From a bacterium BMS3Abin14 (GTDB lineage: Bacteria > BMS3Abin14): a stretch of DNA of 64,000 nucleotides. The stretch is from contig BDTG01000043.1 in assembly GCA_002897695.1 (NCBI GenBank), forward strand, positions 7,934 through 71,933, read 5' to 3'. Made by a program: the position numbers and the translations under genes. The notes under the pieces were generated by a model. That model made no database searches. It saw nothing but the letters and a program-made list of their open reading frames with translations, and was not told where the DNA came from. Shown here piece by piece: positions 37,811-45,992 of the stretch; positions within the stretch are counted from its first letter, which is position 1, and every line of letters starts with the position of its first letter.

Positions 37811-39118
37811 ATGGGAGCTTTCAGAAAGAATGGTTGTGGATATTTTCCGCTTTTTTTGACGGTCTTGGGTTGTCTGGTGGTTCTTGCATCCATGGTTCCT
37901 GTCGCCTGGGCAGCTGAATATTCCCTTTCTTCCAGATCCTATCTCTATCTCCACGAACGTGATAACGCAATCGGTCCCAATGACCATCTGGCTCCCCTTT
38001 ACGAGTACCTGTCCCTTGACGTATGGGACCTCAAGGAGGCTAATCTATCGTTCCATTCGTACGGATGGGGGAGGGTCGATCTCGCGGATGCATCAGCAGG
38101 CGGAAGGAACAGCGGCGACATTTCCAGCGCCTACCTCCAATACCGGTATCCCACCGGAAACGGCCAGGCGAAACTGGGCAGGTTCTTCCTGGCCGAGGGT
38201 ACTACCACCGAAACCCTGGACGGCCTTTTTCTGAAGGGCACAGGGAAAGGGGGCTTCGGCGCGTCATTCTACGCCGGGAACCCGGTGGAGAACTCAATTA
38301 TAGCTTCGGGGGGAGGGAACTCCCTCGTGGGGGGAAGGGTCTTTTACGTCCGTCCCGGTCTTGCCGAAGCCGGTTTTGGCTACCTCTTCGAGAATGGGGA
38401 TTTTCAGGGTAAAAACCGGGAGGAAGCAGGCGGCGATCTCTGGGTGCGTTTCGCGCCTTCATGGGATCTCACCGGTAAGATTGTTTACAACCTGACCACC
38501 AGCGAACTTGCCTCTCATCGGGTAGCGTTCCGCCTGGTCCCCGTCAACACTATTGACCTTGAACTGGGCACTGAAGGTTACCGCTACGATGGTCTGTTTC
38601 AAAAATCCCTTCATCCGGCGTTTCTGCCGCCGTCCGCAAATGGCAGCGACAAGGTCCGAAAACTGTTCGCGGACTGTGACTGGCAGGCCACTGAGAGACT
38701 GTCCGTTCAGGCCGGCGTCAAAAGAATCCACCACGACGCCGATGATCCGGGTGACGCTGCCTACGGAGAGCTTGGCTTTCGCCTTCAGATGGAAGGGGTC
38801 CTGAACCTGCTCGGTTTTTCGGCAGCCCTTCAGACTGCCGATCTGTCGGAGAACGAATATCGGGAATTAAGAGGATGGCTCATGGGAACCGTCAGGAAGT
38901 GGAGTTTTTCCCTCGATGCCCTGACCTATCTCTACGAGGTGCCCGTCAACGGAGTGGATACCTCCACCCAGATTGTAGGCTCTGCCGGTTGGAAGGCCAG
39001 TACCCTTCTTTCTCTTTCCGGCGACGTGAGATACACCCGGAGCCCCCGGTATGCCAAGGATCTGACCATACTGCTCAGGGCGGACTTTGCCCTGGACGGA
39101 TCATGGGGAGGGAAGTAA
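37811..39118 (+). CDS. Secreted Gly-rich protein, putative outer-membrane beta-barrel (porin-like), adjacent to multihaem cytochromes
   Basis: Signal peptide …LASMVPVAWA/AEY; alternating amphipathic beta-strand-like segments; Gly-rich stretches. ATG 37811 preferred over the listed 37757. Confidence 0.5.
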   Translation: MGAFRKNGCGYFPLFLTVLGCLVVLASMVPVAWAAEYSLSSRSYLYLHERDNAIGPNDHLAPLYEYLSLDVWDLKEANLSFHSYGWGRVDLADASAGGRNSGDISSAYLQYRYPTGNGQAKLGRFFLAEGTTTETLDGLFLKGTGKGGFGASFYAGNPVENSIIASGGGNSLVGGRVFYVRPGLAEAGFGYLFENGDFQGKNREEAGGDLWVRFAPSWDLTGKIVYNLTTSELASHRVAFRLVPVNTIDLELGTEGYRYDGLFQKSLHPAFLPPSANGSDKVRKLFADCDWQATERLSVQAGVKRIHHDADDPGDAAYGELGFRLQMEGVLNLLGFSAALQTADLSENEYRELRGWLMGTVRKWSFSLDALTYLYEVPVNGVDTSTQIVGSAGWKASTLLSLSGDVRYTRSPRYAKDLTILLRADFALDGSWGGK

Positions 39119-39120
39119 TT

Positions 39121-39585
39121 ATGAGGTACGTGAGGGGATTTCTGCTTTTTGTGCCGGTGCTGCTTCTCCTGACCGCCTGCTCCGGGTTATCCACAAGAGA
39201 GTCGGTACCGCTCCGCCACCCGGAGGAGCTTGAGCAGGGCAGGGTCAACTGTCTCGAATGTCACGAAGACGAAACGTCCGGAGCCCTTAAACCCTACGGC
39301 TCTTTCCCGCACACGGCGGTTTTTCTCAAGGAACACGGATCTTACGCCTCTCAGACCCAGAACCTCTGTTCCACCTGTCACTCACCCTCCTGGTGTCAGA
39401 CGTGTCATGCCGTCCGTGAGGAACTCAAGCCTGGAATCAAGTACGGCAATCGTCCTGATCTGGGCCTGCCCCATCGGGGAGATTTCATAATACAGCACCA
39501 GAAGGAAGGGAGGATCGACCCGGGATCGTGTCTGACTTGTCACGGCAACCGGAACAACCGGGTATGCGGCAGGTGCCATCATTGA
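39121..39585 (+). CDS. Pentahaem c-type cytochrome lipoprotein
   Basis: Lipobox LLTAC; five CxxCH motifs (CLECH, CSTCH, CQTCH, CLTCH, CGRCH) in 154 aa. Confidence 0.8.
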   Translation: MRYVRGFLLFVPVLLLLTACSGLSTRESVPLRHPEELEQGRVNCLECHEDETSGALKPYGSFPHTAVFLKEHGSYASQTQNLCSTCHSPSWCQTCHAVREELKPGIKYGNRPDLGLPHRGDFIIQHQKEGRIDPGSCLTCHGNRNNRVCGRCHH

Positions 39586-39609
39586 TGACTTCGTGAAAAG
39601 TCATCAATG
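39580..39609 (+). repeat. 12-bp-stem hairpin CATTGATGACTT…AAGTCATCAATG (family-2 related) overlapping the cytochrome stop codon
   Basis: Seen directly; related AAAAGTCATCAAT core also at 10014-10043. Confidence 0.6.
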
Positions 39610-39771
39610 CGCCCACTTGGGGGCCTCAAATCGAAGATTTGTGAGGAGAGCGGAAATGACACTTTTCGCTTTCCGTGGAGTAAAAGGTAACGGATGCACT
39701 TTTTACGACTCTAATAATATATACAGAGCCCGCGAACCAGGGAAACTGTCTGTGATATTCCGGAGGTTGAG

Positions 39772-40431
39772 ATGAAAACAGGGATAAACAGGATAAAAAG
39801 GGAACGGGGAATTGCCGCGGGCCTTTCATCGCCCTGGATACCCGGTGTCTGGGCCCACCCCCTCACCCACACGGATCCGGTAGTATCCCACGGCCAGTTC
39901 AAGGGCACCCCTGACGAGACTGTTTGCATCAACTGCCATGATGTCAACAACCAGTTCGGCAACATGCCCACGCCGTTCTGTCACAACTGCCATGGAAGTT
40001 CCCATAGCGTTCCCTCTCTGGACCACAACCAGGTTGCGCCGCTGCAGGTGGATTTCGATGGGAACTGTTCCGGTTGCCACAGTATCGACGGTTCTGCCCA
40101 GTCATTCGCCCCCGCGTGTACCACCTGCCACAAGGGGGGAAGCCCCTACATCTACACTAACTGCAGGTCCTGCCACGGAAAACCCCCCGACGGCGGAGCC
40201 CCCGTATACAGTAATTTCCCCAATCTGCAGGGGAAGCATGACAAACACAAAAGCGTCGCCACCTGTTCCGACTGCCACAGCGGCGGCGGATCGGGCGCGG
40301 GTCTCAACCACGGTTATGACAACATTGTGAACCTCCAGGCGCCTTCTGGAATCACCTTTTCTCCGGGGAGCGGCAACGTAACCTGTGCCGGTACGTGCCA
40401 CGAGAATCACAACAACCGACAATGGTACTGA
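39772..40431 (+). CDS. Multihaem c-type cytochrome (6 CxxCH plus one CxxxCH)
   Basis: CINCH, CHNCH, CSGCH, CTTCH, CRSCH, CSDCH and CAGTCH; weakly hydrophobic N-terminal region. Confidence 0.75.
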   Translation: MKTGINRIKRERGIAAGLSSPWIPGVWAHPLTHTDPVVSHGQFKGTPDETVCINCHDVNNQFGNMPTPFCHNCHGSSHSVPSLDHNQVAPLQVDFDGNCSGCHSIDGSAQSFAPACTTCHKGGSPYIYTNCRSCHGKPPDGGAPVYSNFPNLQGKHDKHKSVATCSDCHSGGGSGAGLNHGYDNIVNLQAPSGITFSPGSGNVTCAGTCHENHNNRQWY

Positions 40432-40520
40432 ACCACACCCTGTCGATGACATATGGGTTGAGTTGTGTGACGACCCGGCAGTGGATAGCGAAGGAGGAAG
40501 CTTCGCCAGGAAGCGAAGGA

Positions 40521-40597
40521 TGGTGCCCCCGGCAGGACTCGAACCTGCGGCCCCAGGATTAGGAATCCTGTGCTCTATCCTGCTGAGCTACGAGGGC
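40521..40597 (-). tRNA. tRNA-Arg (anticodon CCT), CCA encoded
   Basis: Reverse complement folds as a cloverleaf: acceptor GCCCTCG/CGGGGGC, D-stem GCTC/GAGC, anticodon stem CAGGA/TCCTG with loop TTCCTAA, T-arm GCAGG-TTCGAGT-CCTGC, discriminator A and CCA. Confidence 0.85.
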
Positions 40598-40806
40598 ATT
40601 TGAAGCCTGAAAACGAGTAATGGAAACTAGCACTCAATAATACCGGTGTCAATGCAGGTGCAGCCCCGCAACCCATGCCGGATCAGCATTCTCCGGTGTG
40701 TAACCGACAATTCTCTCCTTGACCATCCCTGGATTTACATATATTTTCCCAAGTTAGCAAATATGTTAATTACTGAAATTTCGGGTCATCGCAAAAACGA
40801 GTATTT

Positions 40807-40830
40807 GAAGACTTTTTACGACCCTGTCAG
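40807..40830 (-). repeat. Family-2 motif copy (reverse orientation), 62-85 nt upstream of the UDP-sugar dehydrogenase gene
   Basis: gaagactttttacgaccctgtcag is the reverse complement of ctgacagggtcgtaaaaagtcttc. Confidence 0.65.
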
Positions 40831-40891
40831 TATGTGACTGAAAACTTTTTTCTCGCATCCGTTTGTCACACACATTAACCGGAGACCAACC

Positions 40892-42199
40892 ATGTCGAAT
40901 CTAGCTGAGCTGAAAAAAAAGATTGAAACCCGAACCGCGGTGTGTGCGGTAATCGGCCTGGGATATGTGGGCCTTCCCCTGGCCGTGGAACTTGCACTTG
41001 CCGGTTTCAATGTTGTCGGGATAGACAACGACCCATCCAAAGCCGCCCGCGTCCTGGAAGGGGAGTCGTACATACCGGACGTGCCCTCCGATGTCCTTAA
41101 AAAGGTCACTGAATCAGGCGCCTTTTCCGCAACCGTCGATTTTTCCGTCCTCTCGGATTGCGACACCGTCAACATCTGTGTGCCGACTCCCTTGAACAAG
41201 ACCAGGGATCCGGATATCTCCTTTATTGTCGACAGCCTCGAGGGGATAAAACCTCATGTTCACTCGGGGATGATGATAATTCTGGAAAGTACCACCTACC
41301 CCGGGACCACCGATGAGATCGTTGTGCCTGCCGTTACGGGGACAGACCTGAAGTTGGGGAAGGACATCTTTGTCGCATTCTCACCGGAAAGGGTGGATCC
41401 GGGGAACCCGACATTCAATACCAGGAACATCCCTAAGGTGGTAGGCGGCGCAACCTCCAAATGTACTGAAGTCGCGGTCCTCTTTTACAGGCAGTTTCTG
41501 GAAAAGGTCTTTCCTGTGAGCACCACGGCCGTCGCCGAGATGGTGAAAATCCACGAGAATACCTTCAGAAGTGTTAATATCGGTCTGGTCAACGAACTGG
41601 CCCTCATGTGCGACCGGCTGGAAATCGATGTCTGGGAGGTCATCGAAGGCGCTTCAACCAAACCTTTCGGGTTCCTTCCGTTCTATCCCGGCCCCGGCCT
41701 CGGGGGACACTGCATACCTATCGACCCCTATTACCTCTCCTGGAAGGCCCGTTCGGTAGGTTTCGAGGCCAGATTTATCGAACTGGCAGGGCAAGTCAAC
41801 AGTTTCATGCCCACCCACGTGGTTTCCAGAGCGGTTGACGCCCTTAACGATGTCGGCAAAGCGTTAAAAGGCGCCCGCATCGTGATTTTGGGGGTGGCGT
41901 ACAAGAAAAATATCGACGACCTGCGTGAATCGCCTGCTCTGGACATCATGAATCGACTGAGTGATAAAGGGGTTCAGCTTTCCTTTTCCGATCCATACAT
42001 CCCCACCCTTGACATCGGGGAACGTTCTTTCACCGCAGTTGAGGCTACGCCTGACCTCCTGCAGATGGCCGATCTCGTGATCATCGTCACCGATCACGAC
42101 CTGTTCAATTACGACATGATCGTGTCAAACGCACCCCTCATACTCGACACGAGAAATGCGCTCAAGGGAAAGAACGGGCCGAAGATCTGGAGAATCTAG
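40892..42199 (+). CDS. Nucleotide-sugar dehydrogenase, UDP-N-acetyl-D-glucosamine 6-dehydrogenase-like (WbpO/TviB family)
   Basis: UDPG/MGDP dehydrogenase family with N-terminal extension before GLGYVG, as in WbpO/TviB-type enzymes. Confidence 0.8.
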   Translation: MSNLAELKKKIETRTAVCAVIGLGYVGLPLAVELALAGFNVVGIDNDPSKAARVLEGESYIPDVPSDVLKKVTESGAFSATVDFSVLSDCDTVNICVPTPLNKTRDPDISFIVDSLEGIKPHVHSGMMIILESTTYPGTTDEIVVPAVTGTDLKLGKDIFVAFSPERVDPGNPTFNTRNIPKVVGGATSKCTEVAVLFYRQFLEKVFPVSTTAVAEMVKIHENTFRSVNIGLVNELALMCDRLEIDVWEVIEGASTKPFGFLPFYPGPGLGGHCIPIDPYYLSWKARSVGFEARFIELAGQVNSFMPTHVVSRAVDALNDVGKALKGARIVILGVAYKKNIDDLRESPALDIMNRLSDKGVQLSFSDPYIPTLDIGERSFTAVEATPDLLQMADLVIIVTDHDLFNYDMIVSNAPLILDTRNALKGKNGPKIWRI

Positions 42200-42215
42200 A
42201 TATTGGAGGCCGCGT

Positions 42216-43169
42216 ATGAATGATCGGGTGCTCGTTACCGGCGGTGGGGGGTTCATCGGATCGCACCTGGTCCGTGGGCTCCTGTCTGAGGGTTACAGGG
42301 TATCCGTGCTCGATAACTTCATGACAGGACACAGGAAAAACCTCCAGGAAGTTGCGGGCGATATCGAAGCCGTCTGGGAATCGGACGTAAGGGACCTTCA
42401 ATCCTGTCTGAAAGCCGTGAAGGGCGTCACCGCCGTGTTCCATCTCGCGGCCCTCGCCTCGGTTTCGGGAAGCATTGAGGAACCGATCCTCTCCCATGAG
42501 ATAAACCTCACCGGCACCCTGAACATGCTTCAGGCCGCACGGAAAAATAGCGTTCAGGGATTCATCTTTTCCTCATCCGCGGCTGTTTACGGGGATGGTC
42601 CCGCCATGCCGAAAAAAGAGAACATGAAACCTGATCCGATGTCCCCTTATGCACTTCACAAGCTTGCCGGGGAATACTACTGCAGGCAATATTCAGCTCT
42701 TTTCGGTCTAAAGACAGCATCCCTGAGATACTTTAACGTATTCGGCGCCCGGCAGGACCCTGAAAGTCAGTACGCCGCCGCGGTTCCCATTTTCATGTCG
42801 GCCATCCTGAAGGACGAACCGGTCCATATCTACGGGGATGGGGAGCAAACCAGGGACTTTGTCTACGTCGGGGACGTGGTACGGGCCAATCTTCAGGCCC
42901 TCAGGTCCGAGGGGCTCAACGGACAGGTGATGAACATCGCCGGTGGAGAGAAGGTCACTATTAACGGGCTCCTGAAGGCTCTCGAAGCCGTCTCGGGCGT
43001 ATCGGCCGAAAAGGTGTACTCCGATCCACGGCCAGGTGACATAAGACACTCCAGGGCTGATATTTCAGCGGCTTCCGCCCATATCGGCTACAAACCGGCA
43101 GTTGGTCTCGAGGATGGTTTACGCAGGACCTTTCAATGGTTCCGCAAGGCCCGGTGGGCCGGGCAATGA
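42216..43169 (+). CDS. NAD-dependent epimerase, UDP-GlcNAc(A) C4-epimerase-like (WbpP/TviC family)
   Basis: GGGGFIGS Rossmann motif, YxxxK catalytic motif (YALHK); paired with the WbpO-like gene. Confidence 0.8.
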   Translation: MNDRVLVTGGGGFIGSHLVRGLLSEGYRVSVLDNFMTGHRKNLQEVAGDIEAVWESDVRDLQSCLKAVKGVTAVFHLAALASVSGSIEEPILSHEINLTGTLNMLQAARKNSVQGFIFSSSAAVYGDGPAMPKKENMKPDPMSPYALHKLAGEYYCRQYSALFGLKTASLRYFNVFGARQDPESQYAAAVPIFMSAILKDEPVHIYGDGEQTRDFVYVGDVVRANLQALRSEGLNGQVMNIAGGEKVTINGLLKALEAVSGVSAEKVYSDPRPGDIRHSRADISAASAHIGYKPAVGLEDGLRRTFQWFRKARWAGQ

Positions 43170-44275
43170 TCTCCCGCGACGGTTTCGCGCTGAAAGTCCT
43201 GAAGCACATGAAGAGCGCGCTCGTCGTCATTGACAGGGAGGGAAGTGTGCTTGTCCTGAACCGGTCTGCAAGAAAAATCCTCTCCCTCGGCAACGAGGAC
43301 ATCGCAATAGGGAAAAGCTGCAGAGATGTCTTTGCGGCCTACCCGTATCTTTCGGATCTGCTCATGACCTCCTTCGACATCCACACTCTGCCGGATCGAG
43401 CCGAGCTGGAATTGAAGGGGCGGCCTGCCGGAGACCGGAAGGTTGTAGGGTACACCCTTTCCCCGGTTTACGGGGACGATGGTGAACGGCTGGGAACGGC
43501 CCTGTTCTTCAAGGATCTTACTGAGGTTGAACGCCAGGAAACGAAGGAACGGATCAGGGATCGCCTTGTATCCCTGGGTGAGATGGCTGCCTGGCTCGCG
43601 CATGAGATACGCAACCCTCTTGCCGCCATCGAGGTATCCGCCGGCCTCCTTTTGAAGGATGAGAAGGATCCATCACGCACGGAATCCGTACGGGATATCC
43701 TTTCGGAAGTTAAAAGGCTCAATACGATTATTACCCAGACCCTGGATTTCGTCCGATCCAGGCCTTTGAACCTGCAGTACTGTGATCTCAACGCGGTGCT
43801 CACCGACACCCTGAATGAATGCCTCCAGGGCAGGAATGACATCGAAATTTCGCTCACATTGAACGATATCGGCCCCGTGCTCCTTGACACACCCCAGATC
43901 TCCCATGCGCTGGGAAACATCATTGTCAACTCCTGTGAGGCGATGCCCGATGGAGGTACATTGAGCGTGTCCATATACACAGTGCCTTCGGAAGCGGGAG
44001 GTCAGGTTCCCGAAACTTTCACGAATCATGTCGTACGGGAAATGGAGAACATCGTGGTGGAGATAGCCGATACGGGTGTCGGAATCCCGGAGGATGTGAT
44101 CGGCAAGGTCTTCACCCCTTTCTTTACTACAAAAAACGGTGGAACGGGGATCGGCATGTCCCTTGCCCAGAAAGTGGTTACGGAGCACTGGGGTATTCTG
44201 GACATTGAAAGCGCCTATGGAAAAGGGACCAAATTCAAGGTTATACTACCCAAATTCACATCTGTGGAGGGTTAG
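43166..44275 (+). CDS. Sensor histidine kinase (PAS - HisKA - HATPase_c), cytoplasmic
   Basis: H-box AHEIRNPL, N/G1/G2 boxes (…NSCEAM…, DTGVGI, GGTGIGMS). Start overlaps the epimerase stop (ATGA). Confidence 0.8.
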   Translation: MISRDGFALKVLKHMKSALVVIDREGSVLVLNRSARKILSLGNEDIAIGKSCRDVFAAYPYLSDLLMTSFDIHTLPDRAELELKGRPAGDRKVVGYTLSPVYGDDGERLGTALFFKDLTEVERQETKERIRDRLVSLGEMAAWLAHEIRNPLAAIEVSAGLLLKDEKDPSRTESVRDILSEVKRLNTIITQTLDFVRSRPLNLQYCDLNAVLTDTLNECLQGRNDIEISLTLNDIGPVLLDTPQISHALGNIIVNSCEAMPDGGTLSVSIYTVPSEAGGQVPETFTNHVVREMENIVVEIADTGVGIPEDVIGKVFTPFFTTKNGGTGIGMSLAQKVVTEHWGILDIESAYGKGTKFKVILPKFTSVEG

Positions 44276-44299
44276 ACAGCATTACAACAGGAGATTTGA

Positions 44300-45671
44300 C
44301 GTGGGCAGGTTTCTGATAGTGGAAGACCAGGCGGTGCTTCGCAAGGGCATCGTCAAGGTGTTTATTGCCGATGGTCACAATGTGGACGAGGCGGCAGATG
44401 GTGAGACAGCACTTCAATTGCTGTCCCGGTGGAATTACGATGTGGTGATCACGGACCTTAAACTTCCCGGGATCAGCGGGATGGAGGTCCTGAAGCATTC
44501 GAAGGCCAACGCTCCGGCCACCGACGTGTTGATCATGACCGCCTACGGGACCATCGAAACAGCCATCGAGGCCATGAAACTTGGGGCCTTTGATTTCCTG
44601 CAGAAGCCGTTCGGCATACCGGAGCTGGAAATGCGCGTTGAAAAGGCTCTGCAGCAGAGAATGCTGAAAAACGAGGTGGATTATCTGCGTCATGAGAGGG
44701 ATATCGTCTACAGGATTGAGGACTTTATCGGGGAGAGCCCGGCCATAAAGAAAGTTTACCGCGATGTATCCAGGGTGGCTCCATCCTCAACCAACGTCCT
44801 TATCACCGGTGAGACCGGGACCGGAAAAGAACTTATCGCCGGGGCGATCCATTACAACAGCCCAAGGGCAAAAAACAGCTTTATCAAGGTTAACTGCGCT
44901 GCCATCCCGGAAAACCTTCTTGAGAGCGAGCTGTTCGGCCATGAAAAGGGGGCGTTCACAGGTGCTGTCAACCAGAGAATAGGGCGTTTTGAACAGGCGA
45001 ACGGCGGGAGTATCCTCCTGGACGAGATCGGGGACATGAGCCCCCTTATTCAGGCCAAGATACTCCGTGTGATCCAGGACCGGCAGTTTGAAAGGCTCGG
45101 AGGCAATGCGGTCATTACGTCGGATGTGAGGATCATAGCGGCTACCAACAAGGACCTCGCCAGGGAGATGGAGATAGGTACATTCAGAGAGGATCTGTTT
45201 TACCGTTTGAATGTCGTTCACATCCCTCTTCCCTCCCTCAGGGAACGGCAGGGGGATATCCCCCTGCTCACGGATTTCTTTATCAAGCGCTTTAACGGGG
45301 AATTAAAGAGGGATGTCAAGGGTGTCGGTGAGCAGGCCATGAAGACCATGCTCAGCTACACATGGCCGGGAAACGTCCGGGAGCTGGAAAATGCACTTGA
45401 GCGAGCGGTTCTCATGTCTGACGGTGACTATCTGGATGTGTCGGACATTAATATCTCCGCCCCTGTCATGCCATTCAGGGATGTTCATACCCCCGGCACC
45501 TCCCCGCTCGATCTCAAGGACCTGGAAAAGGAGGCGGTCCTGGAGGCCCTGAGAAAGACTGACTATGTCCAGAAGGACGCCGCAGAGGTCCTCGGAATCT
45601 CAAAGAGGGTCATGCACTACAAAATCCAGCAGTTCGGCATCAAGCATCCCCGATGGATCAAAAACCGATAA
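44300..45671 (+). CDS. Sigma-54-dependent transcriptional regulator, NtrC-type (REC - AAA+ sigma54-activation - Fis HTH)
   Basis: REC with ITDLKLP; Walker [15 protein letters not shown], Walker [20 protein letters not shown]-terminal HTH; GTG start with RBS aggag. Confidence 0.9.
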
Positions 45672-45673
45672 CG

Positions 45674-45716
45674 AAAGTCCAGAGTCGAAAGTCCAGAGTC
45701 CAGAGGGGAAAAGCGG
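45674..45716 (+). repeat. (GTCCAGA) heptamer repeat cluster directly after the stop of EBP1
   Basis: gaaagtccagagtcgaaagtccagagtccagaggggaaaagcggg. Confidence 0.75.
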
Positions 45717-45992
45717 GCAATGCGCTGTAGGCTCTGGGCTATGGGTAAAGAGGTCCAGAAAACAATGTCCAATGACCAGCGATGTCATTGCGAGGAGCAT
45801 CGAGGGAAACGAGAGTGACGGTTTACCACGTCGAAGCCACAGGAGCGAAGACGGGCGGCAATCCAGAAGGCGGAACCTTTATAACATATTGACAACATGA
45901 CTGCCTAAAAGTTATTACAAAATTGAAACATCTCATGGAATTGTGTGCAGAAATCTGTTCTGCCGGGGGGCGAGGGGAGTCGGAAGTTGGCA

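Noticed and set aside
39593-39775. 60-aa ORF between the two cytochrome genes
   Set aside because: No RBS and an odd composition. It overlaps the hairpin/repeat and the likely promoter/RBS of the second cytochrome. Most likely non-coding.
37658-40598. Genomic island integrated at tRNA-Arg carrying the cytochrome cluster
   Set aside because: The tRNA 3' end faces the cluster, but no integrase or recombinase gene is present. No direct repeat of the tRNA 3' end was found in the glyS-proximal boundary (37658-37810).
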